Source: Actinomycetota bacterium (GTDB lineage: Bacteria; Actinomycetota; Actinomycetes; S36-B12; UBA5976). Taken from it: a stretch of 64,000 nucleotides of DNA. The notes under the pieces are model-generated. The model was not told where the DNA came from and searched no databases. It worked only from the letters and a program-made list of their open reading frames with translations. The first letter of the stretch is position 1. Every line of letters starts with the position of its first letter. Location: positions 100,499 to 164,498 of the forward strand of contig CANGDR010000001.1 in NCBI GenBank assembly GCA_947452765.1. The letters run 5' to 3'. Positions 48,575 to 58,096 of the stretch are shown here, piece by piece. The position numbers and the translations under genes are program-made.

Positions 48575-49792
48575 CTACTTAGTTGCTTTGGACTTATTCT
48601 CATCAATCACAAAAGCGTTACCTATTGGGCCTAGCTCTATGCCTGCAGCCACATGGTCAACTTTTTCGCCTCGCTCTAACTGCGCCATGTGCGCCTTTTG
48701 GTGCCAGCGCTCCTCGATGTTGCCGAATCTCCAAATTGAAAGCGCTGCAATCCAAACCAAAGCGAAGACAGCAACAATTATGTAACCAGCCGAGTTCAAA
48801 TCAAAAGAATTCGCATAATCCCAAAACCAGCCGGTTAGAGACAGTTGCTCAGAAATAACTTGGCAAATCTCAAGTCCACCAACAAAGAAAGCGACTGCAA
48901 CTGAAAGTCCAGTAATAACTATGTTGTAATAAACCTTTCTTACTGGTTTTGAGAAAGCCCAGCCGTATGCAAAGTTCATAAACGAGCCATCGATAGTGTC
49001 TAGCAGGCTCATGCCACCTGCGAAAAATAGTGGCAGGCTAATAATTGCCCACCATGGCAGTCCTGCAATAACCGAGGTTCCAGCAAGTACCAATAGCCCT
49101 ACTTCGGTTGCTGTATCAAAGCCAAGTCCAAACAAAATTCCCAGCGGATACATTTTCCAAGACTTATCTATGCGCCGAGCGATTGGTCCAAAGAAACGCA
49201 TCAGGAAGCCGCGAGCATCCAAATGCTTCTCTAGTTCAGCTTCGTCGTAAGTGCCTTTACGCATATCGATAAAAATCCGAACAACAGATTTGAGAACCAA
49301 GAAATTTAGCAATGCGATTAACATTAGGAATGAACCTGAAACTGTTGTTCCAATAAGTCCGGTGTAGTGGTGCAGTGAAGAATTATTGTCCTGCAGTTGG
49401 CTACCTAGAGATTTAATTCCAAAATTAAGTAAGATCGCCAGGCTCGCTACAACGGAAGAGTGTCCCAGCGAAAAAAAGAATCCAACTGCGAGCGGCCGTT
49501 GACCTTCACTCATCAACTTTCGAGTTGTGTTATCAATTGCAGAAATATGGTCTGCGTCAAAAGCGTGCCGCATACCTAGAACGTAGGCCAGCAACGCAGT
49601 TCCCCAGCCAAATAGTGAACCATCGGATAGTACGTAGTTTGATTTTGTGGCTTGGTACATCAGAATCGCACCAGCAACGTGTAGAAATAAAATAAAGCCA
49701 AACATGGCCGCCATACGACGCCATTCGTCCTTGGTTAAACGATCGCGCAGGGGAACGTTGGTTGCGGGTTCGGTTCCAGTGGTCAGTGCCAT
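48575..49792 (-). CDS. NiCoT (HoxN/HupN/NixA) family nickel/cobalt transporter
   Basis: 405 aa; signature RHAFDADHISAIDNTTRKL in TM2 and LGFDTATEV in a later helix. Confidence 0.88.
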   Translation of the reverse strand: MALTTGTEPATNVPLRDRLTKDEWRRMAAMFGFILFLHVAGAILMYQATKSNYVLSDGSLFGWGTALLAYVLGMRHAFDADHISAIDNTTRKLMSEGQRPLAVGFFFSLGHSSVVASLAILLNFGIKSLGSQLQDNNSSLHHYTGLIGTTVSGSFLMLIALLNFLVLKSVVRIFIDMRKGTYDEAELEKHLDARGFLMRFFGPIARRIDKSWKMYPLGILFGLGFDTATEVGLLVLAGTSVIAGLPWWAIISLPLFFAGGMSLLDTIDGSFMNFAYGWAFSKPVRKVYYNIVITGLSVAVAFFVGGLEICQVISEQLSLTGWFWDYANSFDLNSAGYIIVAVFALVWIAALSIWRFGNIEERWHQKAHMAQLERGEKVDHVAAGIELGPIGNAFVIDENKSKATK

Positions 49793-49804
49793 TTAGGTCT
49801 CTAT

Positions 49805-49833
49805 TTCTTATTGCGAACTATTTGCAATAAGAA
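49805..49833. promoter_or_regulatory. inverted repeat / candidate metalloregulator operator upstream of the NiCoT gene
   Basis: TTCTTATTGC-N9-GCAATAAGAA, 13-41 nt upstream of the start codon; minus-sense core TTGCAA-ATAGT-TCGCAA. Confidence 0.4.
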
Positions 49834-49913
49834 TAACCCAGATCTAGGAACCTTGCAGATCGGGGCAATTTCCAGATTGTTGATTTTCGCCCAAGAAACA
49901 TAGGCTTAGTGGC

Positions 49914-50174
49914 ATGTCAGGGTCACATCAAAAAGGCGGCAAGCGGTCTGTCTCTCAAATTGAGGCAGAGTTGCAAGCAGCACGTGACCGTTTAACCAAG
50001 ACTGCTGGGTCTATTTCAAATATTGCTAAGCCGGCTAAGTTGGCTGCGCGCGGGTTAGGAAAAACGTCCAGATTCTTTGTAAGTGATTCAGGTGAATTGC
50101 ATCCGGTACGAGCGTTGGCCGCGGCCGTAGCAGCAATTGGGCTACTTGGCTTATTCACGCGCGATCGCGACTAA
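49914..50174 (+). CDS. DUF3618-like small membrane-anchored protein
   Basis: 86 aa; SVSQIEAELQAARDRL... then a C-terminal hydrophobic segment AAAVAAIGLLGLF. Confidence 0.45.
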   Translation: MSGSHQKGGKRSVSQIEAELQAARDRLTKTAGSISNIAKPAKLAARGLGKTSRFFVSDSGELHPVRALAAAVAAIGLLGLFTRDRD

Positions 50175-50786
50175 TTAATCATTTATGTGATTTAGCGGCA
50201 TAGCTGCCATGTGATGTCGCCGGCATAAAACTTCGTAACTAACGACTCCAGAACTACTCGCTGTGTCACCAACTGCTACCTGATCACCTTCGGTAACCAT
50301 CACGCCATCCAAAGTTCTCGCATTATGCGTGCCGCGCCGCCCACACCAACAAAGTGCTTCAACTTGCAAGATCTGAATTCGATCAGCCAGTTCAAATAAC
50401 CGAGCTGAGCCAGGGAATAACTCGGTTCGGAAGTCACTTGCAATCCCAAACGCAAACACATCAATATCCAAATCATCGACAATGTGAGCAAGCTGATTTA
50501 TCTGATCCCGGGTATAAAACTGGGCTTCATCGCAGATCATAAAATCTAGCGGTTCTGCGGACGAATTGATTCCGAGGGCTAAGGCAAAGAAATCAGTCTC
50601 ATTAGTAACTTCATTTGCTTGAACTTCTAAGCCAAGTCGGCTGGATAAGATGCCTGCCCCGGCACGGTCATTTCTAGTGAAAACCAAGCCATTTCGACCA
50701 CGACTCGCATGTGTGTAATTTACTTGTGCAGCCAAAGTCGACTTACCGCAGTCCATCGTGCCTGTGAAAAAAACTAACTCAGCCAT
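50175..50786 (-). CDS. tdk: thymidine kinase
   Basis: 203 aa; P-loop GTMDCGKST, DEAQF, C-terminal zinc-ribbon CWCG...CRRHH. Confidence 0.92.
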   Translation of the reverse strand: MAELVFFTGTMDCGKSTLAAQVNYTHASRGRNGLVFTRNDRAGAGILSSRLGLEVQANEVTNETDFFALALGINSSAEPLDFMICDEAQFYTRDQINQLAHIVDDLDIDVFAFGIASDFRTELFPGSARLFELADRIQILQVEALCWCGRRGTHNARTLDGVMVTEGDQVAVGDTASSSGVVSYEVLCRRHHMAAMPLNHIND

Positions 50787-50808
50787 GTCTTCCCTCCTGC
50801 AGGGAAGT

Positions 50809-52233
50809 CTATTTCAGATCCTCCGGGTGAAGTGCATGACCGATCGCAGTCTCAATTGCATCAACTTCATTCGCACTTGCCCGACGTTGGGCTCTGCCTT
50901 GGAAAGCGCTGAGAATAAAGGCAACCAGCACTCCCATAGTTACTGCTTCAACTAAGTCGAGAAATAGAGTTGCCAAGGCAGTAGCCGGAACAATAACTAG
51001 GTGGTGCGGCGTTTCAGCAATAAGTATTTTCAGTTTTTTAAGGTCGACCATGCGCAGCGCAGTCGCTACTAAAACCCCTGCCAGTACGGAAAGTGGGATT
51101 TTGGAAACCAAACTACTTGCCAGTCCAACACAAATCAACAGGATAACGGAGTGACTTATTGCCGCCAGGCGACTTTGTGCACCACTTCGAACGTTAACTG
51201 CAGTTCGGGCAATTGCGGCGGTAGCCGGAACTCCGCCAAATAGGGGAGCAATCAAATTGGCAGCAGTTTGCCCGAGTAATTCTTGATGTGGATTATGTGG
51301 GGTTAAGTCAGCCATTGAATCTGCAACCGATGCGCAAAGTAAACCTTCGATTGCAGCGAGCCCAGCTACGGAAAGCGCTGGAATTAATAACGGGCCAAGT
51401 TTGAGATTTGTAAAGTCGGGTAGACCCAACCAACTTAAGTGCGAAGGAATTGCTCCAACAGTTGCAACGTCTAGTTTGAAATAGACCGTGACGCAAGTTG
51501 CAAGTGCGACAGAGATAATGCTGGCCGGGAAAGTGGGCCTAATGCGAGACATCATGAAAATAAACGCAACACTAAAAAAGGTAATCGCAATATTTGGATA
51601 GACAGGATTAGCGATCCAAGCTCGGATGGCATCAATTGCGGACAAGACAACTGACGAACCTTTACTTTTTATCCCAAGCGCCATCGGGATTTGTTGCAAA
51701 CCAATTAAAAGCGCAATACCAAGCGTGAAACCTTCTATGACACTGGCTGGGATGTAACGCATCGCACTTGCTGCGCCACTAAACGTCATTACCAAAAGAA
51801 TGAGTCCGGCAAAAAAGCCCACTGCAAAAACGGATTCTGCGCCATATTTAGCGGCAATGGGAATTAAAACAACTGTCATTGCCCCCGTAGGTCCACTAAC
51901 TTGCACTCGGCTTCCACCGAGAACGGCAGCTGCAATTCCCCCAACGATGGCTGTTGTGATGCCCGCTGCAGCTCCAACCCCAGAGCTGACGCCAAATGCC
52001 AATGCAAGTGGCAAAGCCACTACGGCAACGCTTAGGCCAGCAATGAGATCGCGTCGCGGAGAGTTAGCCATTTGGCGAAAATTTTCCCAAGTAGGGAGAG
52101 CTCGCCGAAACGTGCGTGCCAAAGGGAATCCTAAGTTGGGTGATTCTTGAAGTATTACAGCAGAATGAAGGCAATTGACGTAGTTCGAGTTAGTTAGTCT
52201 TAATGCGTGAGGAAATGTAAATGAAACGCGCAC
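50809..52233 (-). CDS. SulP-family anion transporter (no STAS domain)
   Basis: Up to 474 aa; RRDLIAGLSVAVVALPLALAFG motif. The true start is probably internal, because the longest ORF overlaps the divergent lipoprotein start. Confidence 0.8.
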   Translation of the reverse strand: MRVSFTFPHALRLTNSNYVNCLHSAVILQESPNLGFPLARTFRRALPTWENFRQMANSPRRDLIAGLSVAVVALPLALAFGVSSGVGAAAGITTAIVGGIAAAVLGGSRVQVSGPTGAMTVVLIPIAAKYGAESVFAVGFFAGLILLVMTFSGAASAMRYIPASVIEGFTLGIALLIGLQQIPMALGIKSKGSSVVLSAIDAIRAWIANPVYPNIAITFFSVAFIFMMSRIRPTFPASIISVALATCVTVYFKLDVATVGAIPSHLSWLGLPDFTNLKLGPLLIPALSVAGLAAIEGLLCASVADSMADLTPHNPHQELLGQTAANLIAPLFGGVPATAAIARTAVNVRSGAQSRLAAISHSVILLICVGLASSLVSKIPLSVLAGVLVATALRMVDLKKLKILIAETPHHLVIVPATALATLFLDLVEAVTMGVLVAFILSAFQGRAQRRASANEVDAIETAIGHALHPEDLK

Positions 52234-53081
52234 GAACTAACAGAATTATCGTGCCGATTGTGTTTGCAATCACACTTGCAGGTTGCGGTACAAGGCCTGG
52301 CGCATTAAATGTCTCACCCACAGCGGCAGCAAGCTCGGTTCCGTCTGAATCGCCGGAAGTGCTAGATAGCTATACGTTTTACTACGTTGCGGATACTGCC
52401 AACGGGTTACGACTTTACAAAGAGACTCAGGCTATAAGCGCCACTGAAAATGATTTAGGCGTCGACAAAGGGCTTAATGCGTTAGTCATGCTGATTAACG
52501 GGCAACTGCCTCCGACTGATGGTAACTACCAAAACCTTTGGCGCACGGGTAGCAAAGTAAATAGCATCACGCGCGCTGGTGATGTCGCGACAGTCGACAT
52601 TTCGCTTGGGCGACTGCAAGTAGGTGCCGAAGCTGAGCAACGCGCAATTGACCAGATTGTTTGGACGTTAACTGAAAACGATCCGAGCGTGAAGTCCGTT
52701 AAATTTACGGTTGACGGGAAGTCGGTTGAATCCTTAGCAGGCCATGTTGATGCAACGAAAGCATTCACCAGGGAGCCCCAGAATGAGGTGCTGGCAACAG
52801 TCTGGGTTGATCTACTTGATGGAAGTGACTTAGTCAGCCAAGTAAAGATTTTGGGAACTGCCTGTACTTTTGAAGCCAATGTCGGGTGGGAACTGTTGCA
52901 AAACTCGAAGGTGATTAAGTCGGGAGCAACGACCGCAGCCTCTGCTTGTCCAGATCGCTCCAGCTGGTCGGTAGACCTTGGCGCATTACCAGCGGGGGAT
53001 TACACGTTTCGAGCGTTTGACACTTCTGCTAAAGATGGAAGTTTGATAAATGAAGACACTAAGGACTTCACGATCAATTAA
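52221..53081 (+). CDS. lipoprotein with GerMN/Gmad2-like domains
   Basis: 286 aa; lipobox ITLAGC at residues ~17-22; the remainder resembles GerMN plus an Ig-like Gmad2 module by my recollection. Confidence 0.55.
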   Translation: MKRARTNRIIVPIVFAITLAGCGTRPGALNVSPTAAASSVPSESPEVLDSYTFYYVADTANGLRLYKETQAISATENDLGVDKGLNALVMLINGQLPPTDGNYQNLWRTGSKVNSITRAGDVATVDISLGRLQVGAEAEQRAIDQIVWTLTENDPSVKSVKFTVDGKSVESLAGHVDATKAFTREPQNEVLATVWVDLLDGSDLVSQVKILGTACTFEANVGWELLQNSKVIKSGATTAASACPDRSSWSVDLGALPAGDYTFRAFDTSAKDGSLINEDTKDFTIN

Positions 53082-53160
53082 CTTAAATTTGAAGGCATTC
53101 TTTACAAGACCCTTACACGCTGTTTATTTCGATCAAACCAAATTTTGGTATTTTCGGGAA

Positions 53161-53961
53161 ATGCCAAACCTGACGAGCAATTCCCGTACTGCCCGCACCA
53201 TGCTAAACAAAGTTCCCGAAGTAACTTTGTTCTTTTGGCTTATCAAAATCATGGCAACGACAGTGGGTGAAACTTTTGCCGACTATCAAAATGTAACCCT
53301 CGGGTTTGGCCTTTCCAAGACATCCGTTGTGATGACCGTGCTACTTCTTGTGGCACTTGCCGTGCAATTTATAACGCGTAAGTACATTCCAGTCTCGTAT
53401 TGGCTTACCGTAGTTTTGATTAGTGTCGTTGGAACCCTAATTACCGATAACTTAACGGACAACCTTGGATTACCACTTCAGACCGCAACAATAATTTTCG
53501 CGATTGCCTTGGCAGTAGTTTTTGCAATCTGGTTTGCTTCAGAAAAGACGCTATCGATTCACTCCATTGTCACGACTCGCCGCGAGATTTTCTATTGGCT
53601 CGCAATCCTTTTCACATTTGCCTTAGGTACTGCGGCTGGAGATCTGTTTTCGGAAACCTACCAACTGGGATACGGATTATCGGCCCTTATCTTTGGCGCA
53701 CTCATCGCAGTGGTAGCTATCGCAAGATTTGGATTTAAAGCCAGCGAAGTTACAACTTTTTGGGCAGCTTATATTTTGACTCGACCACTTGGTGCCTCGA
53801 TAGGTGACTACATGTCACAGTCGAAGGACGATAGTGGAATCGGACTGGGAACAACAACTACCAGCGCGATTTTCCTCGTGCTCATCGTAATTTTGGTTGG
53901 GTACCTGGCAGTCACCAGAGCTGACGCAACTGAAAAGAAACTAGGCGAGACAGCAAACTAA
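53161..53961 (+). CDS. uncharacterised polytopic membrane protein (COG4705-like)
   Basis: ~266 aa from the ATG at 53161; internal repeat of FW..K...T..GE..(A)D motifs (FFWLIKIMATTVGETFAD / FYWLAILFTFALGTAAGD). Confidence 0.55.
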   Translation: MPNLTSNSRTARTMLNKVPEVTLFFWLIKIMATTVGETFADYQNVTLGFGLSKTSVVMTVLLLVALAVQFITRKYIPVSYWLTVVLISVVGTLITDNLTDNLGLPLQTATIIFAIALAVVFAIWFASEKTLSIHSIVTTRREIFYWLAILFTFALGTAAGDLFSETYQLGYGLSALIFGALIAVVAIARFGFKASEVTTFWAAYILTRPLGASIGDYMSQSKDDSGIGLGTTTTSAIFLVLIVILVGYLAVTRADATEKKLGETAN

Positions 53962-53968
53962 AAACTTG

Positions 53969-54002
53969 TGGTGCGGGCTATGTGGTTCAATAGCCCGCAC
54001 CA
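53969..54002. terminator. 13-bp perfect hairpin between convergent genes
   Basis: TGGTGCGGGCTAT-GTGGTTCA-ATAGCCCGCACCA; weak or no T-tract. Confidence 0.5.
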
Positions 54003-54019
54003 TAGGAATTTAAAAGTTT

Positions 54020-55495
54020 CTAACGCATTACAAATGGATCTGAGATCGGTGCTTCGGACGTATTAATCCAAACTGACTTGGTTCGGGTGTAATCCAGTAT
54101 TGATTCTGCGCCAGCTTCGCGACCAGTGCCACTTTGACCGTAGCCACCAAATGGCACAAGCGGTGAAATCATTCGGTAAGTGTTAACCCAAACAATTCCA
54201 GCTCGAATTGAACGTACAAATCGATGAGCCCGACCTAAGTTTTGCGTGAATACTCCGGATGCCAGTCCGTATTCACTGTCATTAGCCAGGAGCAATGCTT
54301 CGGCATCATCTTTAAATTTCAAAACACTTAATACTGGACCAAAAATCTCTTCGGCAACGCACGCGGTTGAACTGATTTCACAATCCAAAATGGTTGGTTC
54401 GTAGTAAAAACCGGCCTCGAATTCGGCAGGTGATTTTCCACCTGTTAGAAGTTTCGCGCCAGAAGCAACACTTCGCGTCACAACGTCGTTGACATGATCA
54501 AGTTGACGTTGGGTGGCTAGCGGACCCATTTCTGTTTCTAGGTCTTGTGGATCGCCGATCTTAATTCGCTGTGCTTTTGAAACCAAAATTTCCATGAGTT
54601 TCGCGTGCACACTTTCATGAACTATTAAGCGTGAACCTGCAACACAGCTCTGACCAGTGGCAGCAAAAATTCCCGACACGATGGCGTTAGCGGCGCTTTC
54701 TAAATCTGCGTCTTCAAATACCAGTACTGGTGATTTGCCACCGAGTTCAAGTGAGACTAGCGCCAAGTTTTGTGCTGAATTTTCCACAATCCGGCGCGCA
54801 GTTGATGGCCCACCAGTGAATGCAATTCTCGAAACTAATCGGTGACTCGTTAGCGCCTTGCCACAAGTTTCGCCCATGCCCGTAATTACATTGACTACGC
54901 CAGGTGGGAACCCAGCTTCGTTAATAAGTTGGGCAAGTTTAAGAAGTGGTGCCGGACCATCCTCAGATGCTTTTAAAACAACGGTGCAGCCCGCAGCAAG
55001 GGCTGGAGCTAGTTTGACTGCACTTAAAAAGATTTGGGAATTCCACGGAACTATTGCGGCAACCACGCCAATTGGTTCGCGGCGAGTGTATGCCTCCATG
55101 TCTGGCTTATCTACATCAAAGTGGGCGCCCTGTACTTTGTCAGCCAGCCCAGCAAAGTATCGATAGTAATCTGCGATGTAGAGAATCACTGCTTTCGTTT
55201 CGCGGCGGATCTTGCCAGTATCTTTAGTTTCCAGTTCTGCCAATGCATCAGCATTGGACGCAACTAGGTCAGCAAGTTTGTAAAGTAATTTTCCGCGTTG
55301 CGTCGCAGTTAAGTTAGCCCATGCTGGGTTGCTAAGTGCATTATGTGCGGCCAAAACTGCACGGTCTACATCGGCGACACTTGCGGATGGCATTAGTGCC
55401 CAGGCTTTTCCGTCGGCCGGGTTAATACTTTCGAAAGTCTCGCTGGCATCTTCGAACGAACCGTCGATGTATTGCTGGAACTTTTCAAGTGCCAT
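54020..55495 (-). CDS. NAD(P)-dependent aldehyde dehydrogenase
   Basis: 491 aa; ELGGKSP and catalytic GQSCVAGSR motifs. Confidence 0.88.
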   Translation of the reverse strand: MALEKFQQYIDGSFEDASETFESINPADGKAWALMPSASVADVDRAVLAAHNALSNPAWANLTATQRGKLLYKLADLVASNADALAELETKDTGKIRRETKAVILYIADYYRYFAGLADKVQGAHFDVDKPDMEAYTRREPIGVVAAIVPWNSQIFLSAVKLAPALAAGCTVVLKASEDGPAPLLKLAQLINEAGFPPGVVNVITGMGETCGKALTSHRLVSRIAFTGGPSTARRIVENSAQNLALVSLELGGKSPVLVFEDADLESAANAIVSGIFAATGQSCVAGSRLIVHESVHAKLMEILVSKAQRIKIGDPQDLETEMGPLATQRQLDHVNDVVTRSVASGAKLLTGGKSPAEFEAGFYYEPTILDCEISSTACVAEEIFGPVLSVLKFKDDAEALLLANDSEYGLASGVFTQNLGRAHRFVRSIRAGIVWVNTYRMISPLVPFGGYGQSGTGREAGAESILDYTRTKSVWINTSEAPISDPFVMR

Positions 55496-55509
55496 TACGA
55501 CTCCCGGAA

Positions 55510-56550
55510 TTAGTTAGCGAATGCTGGCATCACTTTATCAATGAATAACTTAAGGCTCTTATGCTTTTGCTCATAAGTCATTGCGCTATCTAGCCAAATA
55601 CTGAATTGGTCGTAGCCAAGTTCTTCAAACTTCTTTAACCTTGCAATAACTTCATCAGGTGTTCCTACCAGCAAGTTTTTGCGCAGGACCTCTGGTGAAT
55701 ACTGTGGCGATCCTTCATATTCCTCTGTGGTTAAGGCTTCGATTTGGGCATTAACTATGGGAGCCTCGCGCTTAAACCATTTTGTGAAATAAAGGAAGAA
55801 TTTCTGCAATGCTTCAGATCCTGATTGAAGTTCTGCTTCAGTTTCTGCAACGTAGGTGTGCATTAGCAACATGACTTCAGGCCGTGGAACTTCTGGATGA
55901 TTTGCAACCGCAGTATTGAATTTATTCATTAAGTCGGCGACTTCATCATCACCTATTGCAAGTGGCGTTACTTGAACATGGCAGCCCGAAGCAACGGCAA
56001 AGTCATGGGTATGGGGATCCCGAGCCGCAATCCAAATTGGCGGTCCAGGTTTTTGGATTGGAAATGGAACCGGGGTAGTACTTGGGAACTGCCAGTATTC
56101 GCCGTCATGTGTGTAGTTGCCCTTAAAGAGTCCCTGAATCGCAGGCACCAATTCACGCATTCGAAGACCGGCTTCGAGCGCTTCAAGTCCAGGCATCATG
56201 CGTTCGTACTCAAACATATACGCACCGCGGGCAATGCCAAGATCAAGTCGACCGTTACTTAGTACGTCGCACATACCGGCTTCGCCAGCTAACCGAATCG
56301 GATGCCAAAACGGGGCAATTACATTGCCAGTGCCTAGACGGATAGTCGAAGTCTTAGCTGCCAAGTAACTTAAGTTGATAAATGGGTTTGGGGCAACCGT
56401 GAAATCCATTGCATGATGTTCGCCGATCCATATGGTTTCCATACCGCCGGCTTCAGCCATCAAAGTGAACTCAGTTAGTTCGTCCAGTAGCTGTTTATGT
56501 GAAAATTCATCGCCATAACGTTCGGCATGCGCAAATAGAGAAAATTTCAT
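55510..56550 (-). CDS. luciferase-like (LLM-class) flavin-dependent monooxygenase/oxidoreductase
   Basis: 346 aa; MKFSLFAH..., TIWIGEHH, TIRLGTG typical LLM N-terminal half. Confidence 0.85.
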   Translation of the reverse strand: MKFSLFAHAERYGDEFSHKQLLDELTEFTLMAEAGGMETIWIGEHHAMDFTVAPNPFINLSYLAAKTSTIRLGTGNVIAPFWHPIRLAGEAGMCDVLSNGRLDLGIARGAYMFEYERMMPGLEALEAGLRMRELVPAIQGLFKGNYTHDGEYWQFPSTTPVPFPIQKPGPPIWIAARDPHTHDFAVASGCHVQVTPLAIGDDEVADLMNKFNTAVANHPEVPRPEVMLLMHTYVAETEAELQSGSEALQKFFLYFTKWFKREAPIVNAQIEALTTEEYEGSPQYSPEVLRKNLLVGTPDEVIARLKKFEELGYDQFSIWLDSAMTYEQKHKSLKLFIDKVMPAFAN

Positions 56551-56565
56551 GAGTCTATTCTCGCC

Positions 56566-57399
56566 TTAATCCGTGATCGGTGCGACGGAATTAATGAAGT
56601 CTCGTATGGCATCGCTCACATAAGTTGGCGCCGTCAAGGTCATCATGTGGCGCTCGCCCGAAAGTACTGCCCAGTGCGAATTTGGAACAAGTGCGGCCAT
56701 GGCCTCAGACATGGCCGGGGTTGAATTTGGGTCAAGTTCGCCCGTGAAGAAAAGAGCCGGAACTGGTAAGTGCTGCAAACTATGTGAATGTATTTCGTCA
56801 GCGTTCGCGAAGACTTGGTATGCGGCTGCGTATCCTGCAGGGTTGACAGACTCTAAAAGTTTGCGCGCCAATTCTTCGGCATGTCCATGTGGGTGCGTTC
56901 CAGTTGTTCCAAACCAACGCTCTAAAGTCTCGGTGATGTTTACCGTCACATTTCCGTCGGCCAAATCCTGGGCACGTTTTTGAACCGCTATACGTTGCTC
57001 GGACGTGCGCTGGAAAACCGAATTCAACGCGCTAACGGATAAACAGCGTGTCGAATGGCTAGTGGCAAAATCCAAAGCAATCAAACCACCCATTGAGTGC
57101 CCGGCGAGGTGCACCTCTTCTATTTCTAGTTCGTTAAGTAAATCAAGTAGCTGGCTGGTGTAATCGGAAAGATCCAAATCGCGATTGGGTAACAGACTTT
57201 CACCGTGACCCCACATGTCGTAAGTCAGGATTTCGAAGTGGGTATCAAGTTCAGCTATCTCTGGTTTCCAAACATGCTGGTTCATACCGACACCGTGTAG
57301 CAGAACTAATGTTGGTCCTTCGCCATAGCGACTCCACGATGTTCCATTTTCGGTGATCCCAGAAGATTTTGGAGCTGGGAGCGAGAGATCAACTGACAT
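56566..57399 (-). CDS. alpha/beta-fold hydrolase
   Basis: 277 aa; HGVGMN oxyanion region, nucleophile elbow GHSMGG, C-terminal His (GERHM). Confidence 0.85.
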   Translation of the reverse strand: MSVDLSLPAPKSSGITENGTSWSRYGEGPTLVLLHGVGMNQHVWKPEIAELDTHFEILTYDMWGHGESLLPNRDLDLSDYTSQLLDLLNELEIEEVHLAGHSMGGLIALDFATSHSTRCLSVSALNSVFQRTSEQRIAVQKRAQDLADGNVTVNITETLERWFGTTGTHPHGHAEELARKLLESVNPAGYAAAYQVFANADEIHSHSLQHLPVPALFFTGELDPNSTPAMSEAMAALVPNSHWAVLSGERHMMTLTAPTYVSDAIRDFINSVAPITD

Positions 57400-57979
57400 T
57401 GCTTCCGAGGTCTTTTAAGTCCTGGTAACGATCACCGATTCGATGATGGGGACGACCGCCTATCGAGGCACCGAGAGCAACAACAATTTCATCTGGAGCA
57501 GGCGCATCATTAATTGCAAATTGAATCGTCAGGTAATGGGACCGCATACCTTCATCCAGTTTGTGCATTAATGGAATTGAAATTGCGCAGTTTGGTCCGC
57601 CGCGAACATTTGTGAAAGATAGGTAACTTGTTGCGCCAACAGCAGTTCGGAAATGATTACCAAAACGCAAGGTATGAATTAAGGCTGAGGCATGTTCCAC
57701 TTCGCCGGAAGTTCCAACGACTGCAGCTTTGCCGTATCCCTCAACAACTTCGCCACCTCCAGTCATCTCTAGAATCGCAGCCGTTAATTGCTCGCCAAGT
57801 TGGGGTGCAAGTTCGTGAATCTCAGGCTTAAGGTCTTCAACAAATCCTCGCCCTGCCCATGGGTTAGTGATTACCGCAGCAGCAGCAAAGAGTCGCAATG
57901 GAACTGCGGCAGCCTTGCCACCTTCAATTCGGGTTTCTTCGGAATACGTTACGAGTTTGCGAATCTGAACTGGCGCCAT
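57389..57979 (-). CDS. DUF1185 (amino-acid-synthesis family, PF06684-like) protein
   Basis: ~196 aa from the ATG at 57979 (MAPVQIRKLVTYSEETRIEGGK...), which matches my recollection of this family's N-terminus; 11-nt overlap with the hydrolase gene. Confidence 0.6.
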   Translation of the reverse strand: MAPVQIRKLVTYSEETRIEGGKAAAVPLRLFAAAAVITNPWAGRGFVEDLKPEIHELAPQLGEQLTAAILEMTGGGEVVEGYGKAAVVGTSGEVEHASALIHTLRFGNHFRTAVGATSYLSFTNVRGGPNCAISIPLMHKLDEGMRSHYLTIQFAINDAPAPDEIVVALGASIGGRPHHRIGDRYQDLKDLGSNVS

Positions 57980-58096
57980 GGCTAGGCCTTTCGAGTATGT
58001 GCTGGTACTTGATAGTAAGGCACGCAACACTTGGGCAACCAATAGGCTTAACCACAAGGCAACTTGCCTTGAATTATTGTACGAAATGGGATAGTC

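Noticed and set aside
49793-49913. Cobalamin or other metal riboswitch upstream of the NiCoT transporter
   Set aside because: The spacer is only 121 nt and shared with a divergent gene. It has no B12-box-like sequence. A simple palindromic operator is the better reading.
52221-52233. 13-nt head-to-head overlap of SulP and lipoprotein start codons
   Set aside because: This is most likely an artefact of taking the longest SulP ORF. The conserved SulP core begins about 40-55 codons downstream, so the real start is probably internal.
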